64,000 bases of DNA from an uncultured Actinomycetes bacterium (GCA_963796725.1 CAWCMT010000005.1:272427-336426); one strand, 5' to 3'; counted from the first letter of the stretch, positions 30,047 to 39,380 are shown. The notes: generated from the letters alone by a model not told the origin. Made by a program: numbers and translations.

Positions 30047-31154
30047 ATGATGGACGTGGAGCGGTTCGATACGATCGTGATCGGCGCCGGACAGGCGGGG
30101 CTCTCGACGGGGTTCTACCTGCAGCGGGCCGGTCGGCCGTTCGTGATCCTGGACGCGGAGGAACGGGTCGGGGACTCCTGGCGGCAGCGCTACGACTGCC
30201 TGCGCCTGTTCACCCCCGCCCGGTACACCGGGCTGCCGGGATCCAGGTTCCCGGCCCGCGGCTCGACGATGCCGACGAAGGACGAGGTGGCCGACTACCT
30301 CGAGTCCTACGCTCGTCGGCTTCGGTCTGCCCGTGCGCAACGGGGTCCGCGTCGAAGACGTGGCGCGGGAGGGCGATCGATACGTCGTGACGACCGGTGA
30401 CCGGCGCTTCGAGGCCGCCAACGTCGTGGTGGCCTCGGGAGCGCACCTGGAGCCTAGACGGCCAGCCTTCGCCAGTGAGCTGGATCCCGCGATCGTGCAG
30501 CTGCACTCGAGCGAGTACCGGAACCCGACGCAGCTGCCGCGGCGGCGGCGTGCTGGTCGTGGGCGCCAGCAACTCCGGCGGCGACATCTCCCTGGAGGTA
30601 GTGGCGCGAGCACCCCACCTGGCTCTCCGGTCCGGCGCGCGGCAACATCCCCTTCGACATCGACAGCCCGTTCGCCAGGCACGTCGCGGCCCGCCGATCG
30701 TGTTCCTGGGCCGGCACGTCCTGACCCTGCGGACGCCGATCGGGCGCAAGCGCGCGCCAGGTGGACCACCAAAGGAGGCCCGCTGGTACGGGTGAAGCCA
30801 GAGCAGATCCTGGAGGCTGGGATCCAGCGGGTGCCCAGGACCGTCGGCGCTCGCGACGGGGCGCCGGTCCTGGAGGACGGCCGGATCCTCGACGTGACCA
30901 ACGTGATCTGGTGCACGGGGTTCCGTCACGACCTCTCCTGGATCGACCTGCCGATCTTCGGCGAGGACGGCGCCCCGATGCATGACCGTGGCGTGGTCAT
31001 GGGTGAGCCCGGGCTGTACCTCGTGGGCCTGCCGTTCCAGTTCGCCGCCGCCTCCGATGTGCTCCCCGGCGTGGGGCGCGACGCCGCGTACGTCGTCAAG
31101 CAGCTGGAGCGCCGGTCTGGCGCGTGGATCGTGCCGGTGGCGACCACGGCCTGA
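30047..31154 (+). pseudogene. flavin-containing monooxygenase / NAD(P)-FAD oxidoreductase, at least five frameshifts
   Basis: SD GAAGGAGGA plus ATG 30047 and the GAGQAG dinucleotide fold. Family-like sequence hops frames 2>0>1>2>1>0 at about 30316, 30538, 30618, 30690 and 30762. Confidence 0.75.
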
Positions 31155-31361
31155 GGTTCCTGCGCAGCGCCGACCCCGTCACGCTCGTACCAGGGGGACT
31201 CCACGGTGCGCGGCCACGCCATCACGGACCGGGCCGCGCTCCCGCCTGGCGCATCAGGCCGCGGCCACGGCCTACCGATCATGGGTGGCGGAGGGCATCC
31301 GGACGACATGCGATCGCGACTGAACCCACGCTCCGCGCGGTCCCGCGTCCACAGGTGGCGC

Positions 31362-31367
31362 TATCGT
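31362..31367 (+). promoter_or_regulatory. -10-like hexamer TATCGT, 6 nt upstream of GTG 31374
   Basis: TATCGT-cggacc-GTG. Used to choose the cyclase start. Confidence 0.4.
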
Positions 31368-31373
31368 CGGACC

Positions 31374-32204
31374 GTGGCCAAACTCACCGCCGCCGAACGA
31401 GCGAAGCTCCCCGACCGAGCCTTCGCCTACATCGACGACCAGGGGCGCCGCCGCCTGCCGATCCACGACGAGGCGCACGTGCGGAACGCCCTCGCACGGT
31501 TCGAGCGCGTCCGGTTCCCCGACGACGCTTCGCGCGACCGGGCCCGACGCCGCCTGTTGAACGCGGCGAAGCGCTACGGCATCGTCCCGGTGGGGTTCAT
31601 GGCCGGTCAGCTGCGGTCGGAGCGCAGCGCCCGCTCGCCGGACTACTCTTCGCTGCCCTCAGGCTCGGTCGCGTTCCTGCTGACCGATATCGAGGGATCG
31701 ACCGTCCTGCTGCGGAAGCTGGGCGACGACTACGCGGCGCTGCTGCGCGACGTGAGGGCCGTGATCCGCTCGGCGGTGCGACGGGAGGGCGGTCACAAAG
31801 TGGACACGCACGGCGACGAGTACCTGTCCGTGTTCGAGCGTCCGGCATCGGCGGTGCAGGCCGCCGTCGATCTGCAGCGCGCGATGGACGCGCAGGCGTG
31901 GCCGGATGACACAGAGGTCCGGGTCCGCGCGGGCGTCCACACCGGACGCCCGACGCTCACCGAGTCTGGCTACGTTGGGCTGGCGGTCCACACCGTCGCC
32001 CGGATCTGCACCGTGGGCCACGGCGGCCAGATCCTGATGAGCGATGCGGCGAAACGGGCGACGGCCGGAAGCCTGCCCGAGGAGGTGCGGGTCCGCCGCT
32101 TGGGCGCCTACCGGCTCGCAGGCCTGGCGAGGCCCGAGACCCTGTACCAGGTGCAGGCCCCCGGACTCAGGACCAGGTTCCCGGCGCTGCGGATCGCCGA
32201 CTGA
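31374..32204 (+). CDS. class III adenylate/guanylate cyclase with conserved N-terminal AFAY..HD.AHVRNA..RF domain
   Basis: Cyclase motifs FLLTDIEGST, HGDEYLSVF, VRAGVHTGRP and GLAVHTVARI. The N-terminal 75 aa carry LPDRAFAYID...RRLPIHDEAHVRNALARFERV. Confidence 0.75.
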   Translation: MAKLTAAERAKLPDRAFAYIDDQGRRRLPIHDEAHVRNALARFERVRFPDDASRDRARRRLLNAAKRYGIVPVGFMAGQLRSERSARSPDYSSLPSGSVAFLLTDIEGSTVLLRKLGDDYAALLRDVRAVIRSAVRREGGHKVDTHGDEYLSVFERPASAVQAAVDLQRAMDAQAWPDDTEVRVRAGVHTGRPTLTESGYVGLAVHTVARICTVGHGGQILMSDAAKRATAGSLPEEVRVRRLGAYRLAGLARPETLYQVQAPGLRTRFPALRIAD

Positions 32205-32262
32205 GCGCTCCACCGTGGACCCCGCACGCGCGGACGACTAGCCTCGCCGGGATGGAGTCGAC

Positions 32263-32847
32263 TTGCACCTGACGCCGACCGAGGCGGCGCGCCTGCAGAT
32301 CTTCGTGGCCTCGGAGTTGGCGCGCCGCAACCTCGGACGCGGGGTGCGGCTGAACGCCCCCGAAGCCATCGCGCTCGCCTGCGACGAGATGCACCTCGCC
32401 GCGCGCGCCGGGGGGTCCATCGACGACGTGCTCGCGGCGGGGATGGCCTCGGTCGGCCCGGAAGATCTGATGGACGGCGTGGCCGACCTCGTCGCGGAGA
32501 TCCGCCTCGAGGTGGTATCGGAGGACGGCACGCGGCTGGTGGTGCTGCGCGGGCTTGGCGCGACGCAGAACGATCTGCATCCCGGCGAGGTCCGCGCGGC
32601 CGAGGGCGCCGTCACGATCAACGACGGGCTGGAGACGATCGAGCTCGACGTGATCAACACCTCCGATCACCCGGTGCGCGTGTCATCGCACTTCCCCTTC
32701 GAACGGACGAACGGGCGGCTCGAATTCGACCGCGATGCTGCGCACGGTACGCGGCTCGACATCCCCGCCGGCGACACCGTGCGGTGGGCGCCGGGCGAGG
32801 CGCGGAGGGTGCGCCTGGTCCGCGTGCCGCCGGAAGGGGTCCGCTGA
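32263..32847 (+). CDS. ureAB: urease gamma-beta fusion subunit
   Basis: TTG start. The first 100 aa are UreA-like (MHLTPTEAARLQIFVASELARRNL...). The rest is UreB-like (PGEV...INDG...VINTSDHPVRVSSHFPF). Confidence 0.85.
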   Translation: MHLTPTEAARLQIFVASELARRNLGRGVRLNAPEAIALACDEMHLAARAGGSIDDVLAAGMASVGPEDLMDGVADLVAEIRLEVVSEDGTRLVVLRGLGATQNDLHPGEVRAAEGAVTINDGLETIELDVINTSDHPVRVSSHFPFERTNGRLEFDRDAAHGTRLDIPAGDTVRWAPGEARRVRLVRVPPEGVR

Positions 32848-32860
32848 CGTGCCGTTCGGG

Positions 32861-34574
32861 ATGTCCCGCCGCGAATACGCGGAGCCGGTACGGGCCGACC
32901 ACCGGCGATCGCGTCCGTCTCGGCGACACCGATCTGTGGGTGGAGGTCGAGGACGACCACGTCGGTTACGGCGACGAGCCGCTGTGGGGGTACGGCAAGA
33001 ACATCCGTTCGCGGATGACGCAGGCCGACCGCGCGACCGCCGAGAGCGAGCTCGACGTGCTGGTGGCGGGCGTGTTGGTCCTCGATCCCTCCTTGGGTGC
33101 CGTCAAAGCGAACATCGGGATCAAGGACGGACGCGTGGTCGGGATCGGCCGGGCCGGCAACCCCGACATCACCGCCGGCATCGACATGACGATCGGACCC
33201 AACACGCTCCCGATCATGGGCTACGGGCTGATCGCCACCGCCGGCGCCGTCGACAGCCACGTCCACCTCATCACGCCCGAGCTCGTCCCCGTGGCGCTGG
33301 CCTCCGGCGTCACCACCCTGATCACCGCGGGGTTCGAGGAGCCGCCCATGGCGATGGGCATCACGATGCGGGCCTTCGAGGGGTTGCCGGTGAACCTGGG
33401 CCTGCAGGCGAGCGCCCGCACGGATGTCGTCTCCGCGGTGGAACGCGTGATCGAGGCGGGCTCGATCGGATTGAAGATCCACGAGGACTGGGGCGCCTAC
33501 CCGGAGGTCATCGATGCGACCCTCGGGCTGGCCGACGCGTACGACGTCGCGGTCTGCCTCCACACCGACTCGCTGAACGAGTCCGCGGAGCTCGCCGACA
33601 CCGTGGCGGCGATCGCGGGTCGTGCCGTGCACGCGTACCACGTGGAGGGCACGGGCGGCGGCCACATCCCCGATCTCCTCGGGCTGGTCCGTGAGCCCAA
33701 CATCGTGTGCTCATCGACCACGCCGACGGTGCCCTTCGGGATCGGGACCGCGCGCGAACACCTCGAGATGATCCTGATGGTGCACGGCGGGAACCCGGAC
33801 GTGGAGGGCGACGTGGAGGCGGCGGCTCGAGCGGGTCCGCCCGTCACGATGGCGGCGGAGGGTCCGCTGCACGATCTGGGCGCCATATCGATCATCAACA
33901 GCGACTCCCAGGGCATGGGGAGGATCGGCGAGACCGTCCGGCGGACCTGGCAGCTGGCGCACGCGATGAAGGCGTGGCGTGCCTCCGACCTCGGGACGGG
34001 GTGGCCCGAGGCCCCGGCGCTCCCCCGTCCCGAACGGACCACGGCCGGCGGGGCCGACAACGACCGCGTCCTGCGCTATCTCGCGAAGCACACGACCGAG
34101 CCAGCGATCGTCCACGGCGTGGCCGACGAGGTGGGTTCCCTGCGCCCCGGCAGGCTCGCCGACATCGTGCTGTGGGAGCCCGCCCGGTTCGGTGTGCAGC
34201 CCGCGCTCGTGCTGAAGTCCGGGCACTTCGCCTGGGGCCTGCTCGGCGAGGGCAACGCCACGGTCGAGAACGTCGAGCCCGTGCGCTCCGGGCCGCACTG
34301 GGCGGCGACGGGCACCGCACCGGCGACGGTCGCGACGACGTTCGTCTCGGAGGCTGCGTTGGATGCGGGGATCCGCGAGCGGCTGGGCAGCGCACGGCGT
34401 TTCGTTGCGGTGCACGACATCCGCGGCGTGCGGCGGGATTCGTTGGTCGCGAACCGGGCCGTGCCCATGATCGACGTCGACCCCGGCGACGGTGCGGTCA
34501 GACTGGACGGCCGCAATCTGCGGTGCGAACCGGTCGAGGAGGTCCCGCTGAACCGCCGCTACCTGCTGGGCTGA
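32861..34574 (+). CDS. ureC: urease alpha subunit; canonical N-terminus out of frame by one nt
   Basis: ATG 32861 encodes MSRREYAE, then one extra C (32885/6) shifts to the long frame RYGPTTGDRVRLGDTDLWVEV... Metal-ligand contexts are present (SHVH, GLKIHEDWG, LHTDSLNE, YHVEGTGGGH, NSDSQGMGR). An alternative in-frame GTG lies at 32784 inside ureAB. Confidence 0.8.
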
Positions 34575-34664
34575 GCCGGGGCCCCTGGGTCGTGGGGCGG
34601 TCGACCTATACCTCCCGCCGGAGCGCGCGAGAGGCTGACGGTAGACCCAGAGGGAGGCGGCTCG

Positions 34665-35177
34665 ATGAAGGCGTTGGTGGTCTACGAATCCATGTACGGG
34701 AACACGGCGGCCGTCGCGGGATCGATCGGGCGAGGGCTGCAGCAGGGAGGCTTCGATACGGAGGTGGCGCCGCTGGACCGGGCCGAGCCGGTCGTCGTCG
34801 CCAAGATCGATCTCCTCGTGGTAGGCGGACCGACGCACGCCCACGGGATGAGCCGGACCAGCACGCGGGGGACCGCCCTCAACGACGCGAAGAACGCCTA
34901 CGAGACCCCGACGGCGAGCCCGGGGATCCGGTACTGGCTCCACGATCTCCCGCACGGCCGCTCGCGCGCCGCGGCGTTCGACACGCGGTTCGACGGACCG
35001 AAGGCGCTGACGGGCTCGGCGTCCAAGGGGATCGCCAGGGAGCTCGAGCGCCATGGGTTCGCACTCGCCTGCTCACCCGAGAGCTTCCTGGTGACGAGGG
35101 AGAACACCCTCGCGGACGGCGAGCTCGAACGTGCCCTGGCGTGGGGTGAGACGTTGGCCAGGTTGGTGCCGGCGTAA
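34665..35177 (+). CDS. flavodoxin-like protein
   Basis: MKALVVYESMYGNT... N-terminal FMN-binding loop pattern. 170 aa. Confidence 0.75.
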   Translation: MKALVVYESMYGNTAAVAGSIGRGLQQGGFDTEVAPLDRAEPVVVAKIDLLVVGGPTHAHGMSRTSTRGTALNDAKNAYETPTASPGIRYWLHDLPHGRSRAAAFDTRFDGPKALTGSASKGIARELERHGFALACSPESFLVTRENTLADGELERALAWGETLARLVPA

Positions 35178-35569
35178 CGTTCTCTCCCGCCCGGCGGGCA
35201 GGTCTCAACCCCTCCTGGCGGGGGAGGCGTTCCCTCGTGAGACCCGTCCGAGTCTTCGCCCTTGGAGCGACCCGAACGAACGCCCTCCGTCGCCTCGTTG
35301 ACCGTTGCCGTGATGGCATCGCCGATCGCGGACACGGCCTCCTGCAACTCGCGGTTGGCCTCCTCGTCACGGAACGTCTTACCCACGGCCGTGAAGCCTC
35401 GCGCGAGCTCGTCCACCACGTCCTTGGCGGCCTGTACGAGCTGGCGCTGCGACTCCTCCACCTCGGCCTGCGTCGAGCCGGCTTCCTTGTAGCGGTCGGC
35501 GACGCGCCGCCCCCACGACGAGAACTTCTCCCCCACCTCGCCCCAGGCTTCCTTCGCGTGCTCGCTCAT
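34898..35569 (-). CDS. hypothetical helical protein (3' end uncertain)
   Basis: GGAGG SD 7 nt before ATG 35569. The first 120 aa look protein-like (MSEHAKEAWGEVGEKFSSWGRRVADRYKEAG...). The remaining ORF runs about 280 nt antisense into the flavodoxin gene and is probably not all translated. Confidence 0.5.
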   Translation of the reverse strand: MSEHAKEAWGEVGEKFSSWGRRVADRYKEAGSTQAEVEESQRQLVQAAKDVVDELARGFTAVGKTFRDEEANRELQEAVSAIGDAITATVNEATEGVRSGRSKGEDSDGSHEGTPPPPGGVETCPPGGRERYAGTNLANVSPHARARSSSPSARVFSLVTRKLSGEQASANPWRSSSLAIPLDAEPVSAFGPSNRVSNAAARERPCGRSWSQYRIPGLAVGVS

Positions 35570-35627
35570 CGGCCACCTCCCGGATCGGTCACATCCACTG
35601 TAGAACCCAGCGCTCTCGATGACGCCG

Positions 35628-36860
35628 TCAACGGCGTGGTGTCCCGCGGCCCCGGTTCCGGCTCTGGTTCCTGCTCTGCTGCGCACGAGGCCGGCCGTTG
35701 CCCGCGGGCCGCGTGCCCTGGCCGCCGTGATCGATACGCATCCCCGCGTCCACGAACTCCACGTGGAGCTTCAGGACCTTGGCCATCTTCCCCACGTCCG
35801 CCCGCTGCTCGGGGGTCACGAAGGTGATGCCGGTGCCGGTACGCCCGGCGCGGGCGGTACGGCCGACCCGGTGGACGTACGCCTTCTCGTCCTCCGGCGG
35901 GTCGAAGTTGATCACGTGGCTGATGTCGTCGAGGTCCAGGCCGCGGGCGGCGACGTCGGTGGCCACGAGCACGTCGTGGTCGCCCGACGCGAAGTGGCCC
36001 AGCGCCCGCTCGCGCGCCGGCTGCGTCATCCCGCCGTGGAGGGCCCCTACGCGGAAGCCCTCGGTCTTCAGCCGCCTCGCGAGCCGGTCGGCGCCGCGCT
36101 TCGTCCGCACGAACACGAGGGTGAGGCCGCGGTCGGCGGCGAGCTCGCGCACCAGGGCGTTCGTCTTCTTGGCGTGGTCCACAGAGAGGAACCGGTGGTT
36201 GGCGGCGGCCACGGTGGGACGGTCGTCCTTGACCTCGTGACGGACGGGGTCGTTCGTGAATCGCTCGGCGAGGCGTCCGACCTCGCCGTCAAGCGTCGCT
36301 GAGAACAGCATCGTTTGGCGCTCGGGGCGGAGCATCTGGAGGATCCGGGTGACATCGGGCAGGAAGCCCATGTCGAGCATGCGGTCGGCCTCGTCCAGCA
36401 CCGCGATCCGCACGCGGTCCAGGCGCAGCAGCCTCCGCTGCACGAGGTCGATCAGGCGGCCGGGTGTGGCGATCAGGATGTCGGCGTGGCGTGCGCGCTT
36501 CGCCTGCGCCTGGATGCCGACGCCGCCGTAGACGGCCGCGATCTTGAGGTGACAGACGTCCGCGATCGCGCGGAAGTCCTCCGCCACCTGGCTCGCCAGC
36601 TCGCGCGTCGGGGCGAGGATCAGCGCGGTCGGGGACTTGCCGTCGGGATGGATCTTTTCCACCACGGGCACCGCGAAGGCCAGGGTCTTGCCCGAGCCGG
36701 TGCGCGACTTCGCGAGGACGTCGCGGCCGGCCATGGCGTCGCCGATCACGAGCGACTGGATCGCGAAGGGTGCATCGATGCCCCGCATCTTCAGAGCCTC
36801 GACCACAGGGCGCGAGACGCCGAGCCCGGAGAACGACGTCGTGTCGGTCACCTCGGGCAT
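35628..36860 (-). CDS. DEAD-box ATP-dependent RNA helicase
   Basis: Q-motif region, AKSRTGSGKT, DEAD (VLDEADRM), SAT, and an Arg/Gly-rich C-terminal tail. Start trimmed to ATG 36860. Confidence 0.9.
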   Translation of the reverse strand: MPEVTDTTSFSGLGVSRPVVEALKMRGIDAPFAIQSLVIGDAMAGRDVLAKSRTGSGKTLAFAVPVVEKIHPDGKSPTALILAPTRELASQVAEDFRAIADVCHLKIAAVYGGVGIQAQAKRARHADILIATPGRLIDLVQRRLLRLDRVRIAVLDEADRMLDMGFLPDVTRILQMLRPERQTMLFSATLDGEVGRLAERFTNDPVRHEVKDDRPTVAAANHRFLSVDHAKKTNALVRELAADRGLTLVFVRTKRGADRLARRLKTEGFRVGALHGGMTQPARERALGHFASGDHDVLVATDVAARGLDLDDISHVINFDPPEDEKAYVHRVGRTARAGRTGTGITFVTPEQRADVGKMAKVLKLHVEFVDAGMRIDHGGQGTRPAGNGRPRAQQSRNQSRNRGRGTPRR

Positions 36861-37073
36861 CGCGCGCGGTCCTCGATCCGGACGGTGGTCGGTGGGGCGG
36901 GGACGTACTGGTGCTGCGACGTACTCCTGCAAAGCTGCCTCCTCGGCATCGTCTGCTGTGCGGCACCGACGATCGTCGGCACCGTGTTCCACAGCGAGGG
37001 ATGCTTCGTGGGCGCTGATGGATGCGGTGGTGCGACCGGCCCACGGGCCGGGTACGGCTTGATCGGCGACCCG

Positions 37074-37280
37074 TTAGGGCTCGACCGAGGTGTCCGACGC
37101 TTCGGCCGGCGTGGGCCGATACATCGGATCGTCGCTGGCCTCGATCACCGTTCCCGGCTCTCGGAGGCCTTGCGCACGCTCATCCCGACGCTGGGCGCGT
37201 GCGAGACGCCGCTCCTCGATGGCGGCGGCCTTCTTCGCTTTCACCTCGCGGCGTTGTCGTTTCCCGGCGCTGTCGGGCAT
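37074..37280 (-). CDS. small basic hypothetical protein (68 aa)
   Basis: ATG 37280 sits 6 nt downstream of a TACCCT hexamer. Lys/Arg-rich helical N-terminus and acidic tail. No family recognised. Confidence 0.45.
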   Translation of the reverse strand: MPDSAGKRQRREVKAKKAAAIEERRLARAQRRDERAQGLREPGTVIEASDDPMYRPTPAEASDTSVEP

Positions 37281-37286
37281 GAACCC

Positions 37287-37292
37287 AGGGTA
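37287..37292 (-). promoter_or_regulatory. -10-like hexamer TACCCT, 6 nt upstream of ATG 37280
   Basis: Minus strand reads TACCCT-gggttc-ATG. Confidence 0.4.
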
Positions 37293-37358
37293 CGCCATAA
37301 ACGCCGGGACACGACGGAGCGACCGCGTCAGACTTCGGCGAGGGGCGCCCCAGCGACC

Positions 37359-37364
37359 TAGACT
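37359..37364 (+). promoter_or_regulatory. -10-like hexamer TAGACT, 5 nt upstream of GTG 37370 (8 nt upstream of ATG 37373)
   Basis: TAGACT-ccggg-GTG-ATG read directly. Confidence 0.4.
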
Positions 37365-37369
37365 CCGGG

Positions 37370-37963
37370 GTGATGGGTGCATCCGATACCGACCTGCGGG
37401 TGCTCGTCGCCGACGGGCGACCCGAACGGCTCCGCGAGGTCTCGCACGCCGTGGCCACGCTGGGTCACGAGGTGCTCACGCTCCAGGGCGACCTCGACGA
37501 GCTCGGCAGCACGACGGCCGAGCAGCGTCCCGACCTGGCCGTGGTGATCGTCGGGGAGAGCTCGGATCAGGCGCTGAAGATGATCGGCAGGATCGTCCAC
37601 GAGGCCGCGTGTCCGGTCATCGCCGTCCTCGACGTCGAGGATCCCGCCTTCATCAACCAGGCAGCGCGCAGGGGCATCTTCGCCTACATCCGGGGCGGCG
37701 ACCCCGACGAGCTGCAGAGCTCCATCGACATCACGCTGCAACGCTTCTCGGAGTACCAGAACCTCGAGGGCGCCTTCGGCCGGCGCGCGGTGACGGAGCG
37801 CGCGAAGGGCATCCTCATGGAACGTCACGGCATCGACGAACGGGCTGCGTTCGATCTGTTGCGCGACCAGGCACGCCGATCGCAGACGAAGGTGGTCGAC
37901 GTCGCCGAGGCCGTCGTGTCGAGCCACCGCCTGCTCACGACAGAACCCGAGACGCCCTCCTAG
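37370..37963 (+). CDS. ANTAR-domain RNA-binding regulator with degenerate receiver domain
   Basis: C-terminal ANTAR motif (ERAKGILMERHGIDERAAFDLLRDQARRSQTKVVDVAEAV). The N-terminal CheY-like fold appears to lack the phospho-acceptor Asp (PDLAVVIVGE). Confidence 0.8.
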   Translation: MMGASDTDLRVLVADGRPERLREVSHAVATLGHEVLTLQGDLDELGSTTAEQRPDLAVVIVGESSDQALKMIGRIVHEAACPVIAVLDVEDPAFINQAARRGIFAYIRGGDPDELQSSIDITLQRFSEYQNLEGAFGRRAVTERAKGILMERHGIDERAAFDLLRDQARRSQTKVVDVAEAVVSSHRLLTTEPETPS

Positions 37964-38925
37964 CCGGTGGCCGCAGCGGCCCGCTTCTCCTCGTACATCG
38001 TTGCGGTGGCGTCGAGCATCGCGAGGTAGTTCATGACGCCGTCACGCGCCTCCTCCGCCTCACGCGTGAGACCGGTGACCTCGTCGATCTTCCAGTGCTT
38101 GAACAGGACGGGCAGCACCACCTGGTCGTGATGGATCCGCAGGTCGTAGATGCCTGCCTTCGCCATCTGTACGGCCTTCGCCCGGAACTCAGGCATCTCG
38201 ATCCCGGGCATCGCGAACCCGGTCACCTCGCGGTTGATCGCGAGCATCATCGCCGAGGGGTCGATCTGCATCGCCTCCTTGCCTAGATCCCGGTAGAAGA
38301 CGTGATGCAGGTTCTCGTCCGTCGCGATGCGCGCCGTGAGCTTCCGGATCGACGGATCTTCCGTGATGACGCCCGTGTTCCGATGCGCGATGCGTGTCGC
38401 GAGCTCCTGCAGCGTCGTGTAGACGACCCCGCCCAGCGGGTCGGGGAAGCCGTCCCACCCCGGGTAGTAACCGCGCTTGACCTGATCCATCCGACCGCGC
38501 TCGAGCGCCACGGGATCCAGCCCGCGTGTCACGGTGAGGTAGTCGCGCAGCACGATCGCGTGGCGGCCCTCCTCCGCGGTCCACAGGCGGACCCACTCGC
38601 CCCACGCGCCCTCCTGCCCGAACGTGTTCCACAGGGCCAGGTGGTAGTAGGGGAGGTTGTCCTCGGTCAGCAGGTTCACCTCGAGCGAGACGCGGGCGAT
38701 CGGGCTGAGATCGCTGTCCTTCTCCTCCCACGGTTCCTCGAGGTAGTTCCTTCCGACCTCGTAGGGGACGTAGTCGTGAGGGAACCACTCCGTGGCCGCC
38801 GCCTGGTGGCGTTCCAGACCGAGCGCGAGCGCGGGCTCGAGCGCCCGGAGCATCTCTACGGGCGGGACGACCGGCGCGGCCAGAGGGGCCGAGCCGTTGC
38901 CGTTACTTCCGGGGGTCGGTGTCAC
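37960..38925 (-). CDS. soluble acyl-ACP (stearoyl-ACP-type) desaturase
   Basis: Di-iron ligand motifs EEGRH and DENLH. DesA1/DesA2-like length of 321 aa. Confidence 0.85.
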   Translation of the reverse strand: MTPTPGSNGNGSAPLAAPVVPPVEMLRALEPALALGLERHQAAATEWFPHDYVPYEVGRNYLEEPWEEKDSDLSPIARVSLEVNLLTEDNLPYYHLALWNTFGQEGAWGEWVRLWTAEEGRHAIVLRDYLTVTRGLDPVALERGRMDQVKRGYYPGWDGFPDPLGGVVYTTLQELATRIAHRNTGVITEDPSIRKLTARIATDENLHHVFYRDLGKEAMQIDPSAMMLAINREVTGFAMPGIEMPEFRAKAVQMAKAGIYDLRIHHDQVVLPVLFKHWKIDEVTGLTREAEEARDGVMNYLAMLDATATMYEEKRAAAATG

Positions 38926-39235
38926 GGGCTATCCTCCTGGGCATCTCGAGCAGCTTCTCCACGACCGCATACCGATCGTTGTGGGTGATGACCGCCTCGA
39001 ACTCCGGGTTCTCGTGGTCGGCGGCGATCGCGAAATACGTCGCGTGCCTGCGCACGTCCTCGTACTCCGAGTGGCTGAGGTAGATCAGCGACTCGCACAA
39101 GGCGTAGCCGCACTCGCACGCGTACTCTCCGCGGTCCCGCAGGAGCACGTGCGCGTCGTTGGAACGCTCCCGCGCTTCGTTCCGGTCGCGGGTCTCGACC
39201 TCGTTCACGACTTCCTCCTCACGCCAGTCAGGCAT
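38903..39235 (-). CDS. conserved hypothetical Cys-containing protein (110 aa)
   Basis: ATG 39235. YACECGYALCESLIYLSHSEYEDV. Overlaps the desaturase start by 23 nt, so it is probably co-transcribed. Confidence 0.55.
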   Translation of the reverse strand: MPDWREEEVVNEVETRDRNEARERSNDAHVLLRDRGEYACECGYALCESLIYLSHSEYEDVRRHATYFAIAADHENPEFEAVITHNDRYAVVEKLLEMPRRIARDTDPRK

Positions 39236-39380
39236 GACATGGCCAGGAGAGGTGGTCGTCGTAGTGGAGAGCGGACACGGCCTCACCCAACCTCGTCCAG
39301 CAGCCGGGAGTTGGGGCTGAGGCGGTGCGGCCATCGGATTGGGGCCGCGGGCACCCGGCGGGTGTGCCGGGTTCGTCCCC

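Noticed and set aside
33720-33760. Apparent loss of the catalytic flap histidine in UreC (MVCHHL read as MVHGGN).
   Set aside because: A position-by-position comparison of the 43-residue segment EHL...HDLGA shows equal length, with His aligned to His320. Only the neighbouring Cys and the second His are replaced. The claim was reduced to flap divergence.
35181-35200. Bidirectional terminator hairpin (CCCGCC-C-GGCGGG) between the flavodoxin gene and the convergent hypothetical gene.
   Set aside because: Allowing for a realistic loop leaves only about a 4-bp stem, and there is no U tract. This is too weak to call.
36961-36984. Perfect 14-bp palindrome CCGACGATCGTCGG flanked by CGGCAC direct repeats in the 213-nt leader of the DEAD-box helicase gene.
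   Set aside because: It is real in the sequence. As RNA it gives only a 5-bp stem, and there is no second copy or known motif to tie it to regulation. It is noted as a possible operator or cold-responsive element without support.
39236-39375. ANTAR dual-hairpin target in the desaturase-unit leader.
   Set aside because: One 7-bp hairpin with a hexaloop (ACCCGGC-ACACCC-GCCGGGU) exists. The loop lacks the conserved A1/G4 pattern, and the second hairpin has a 10-nt loop.
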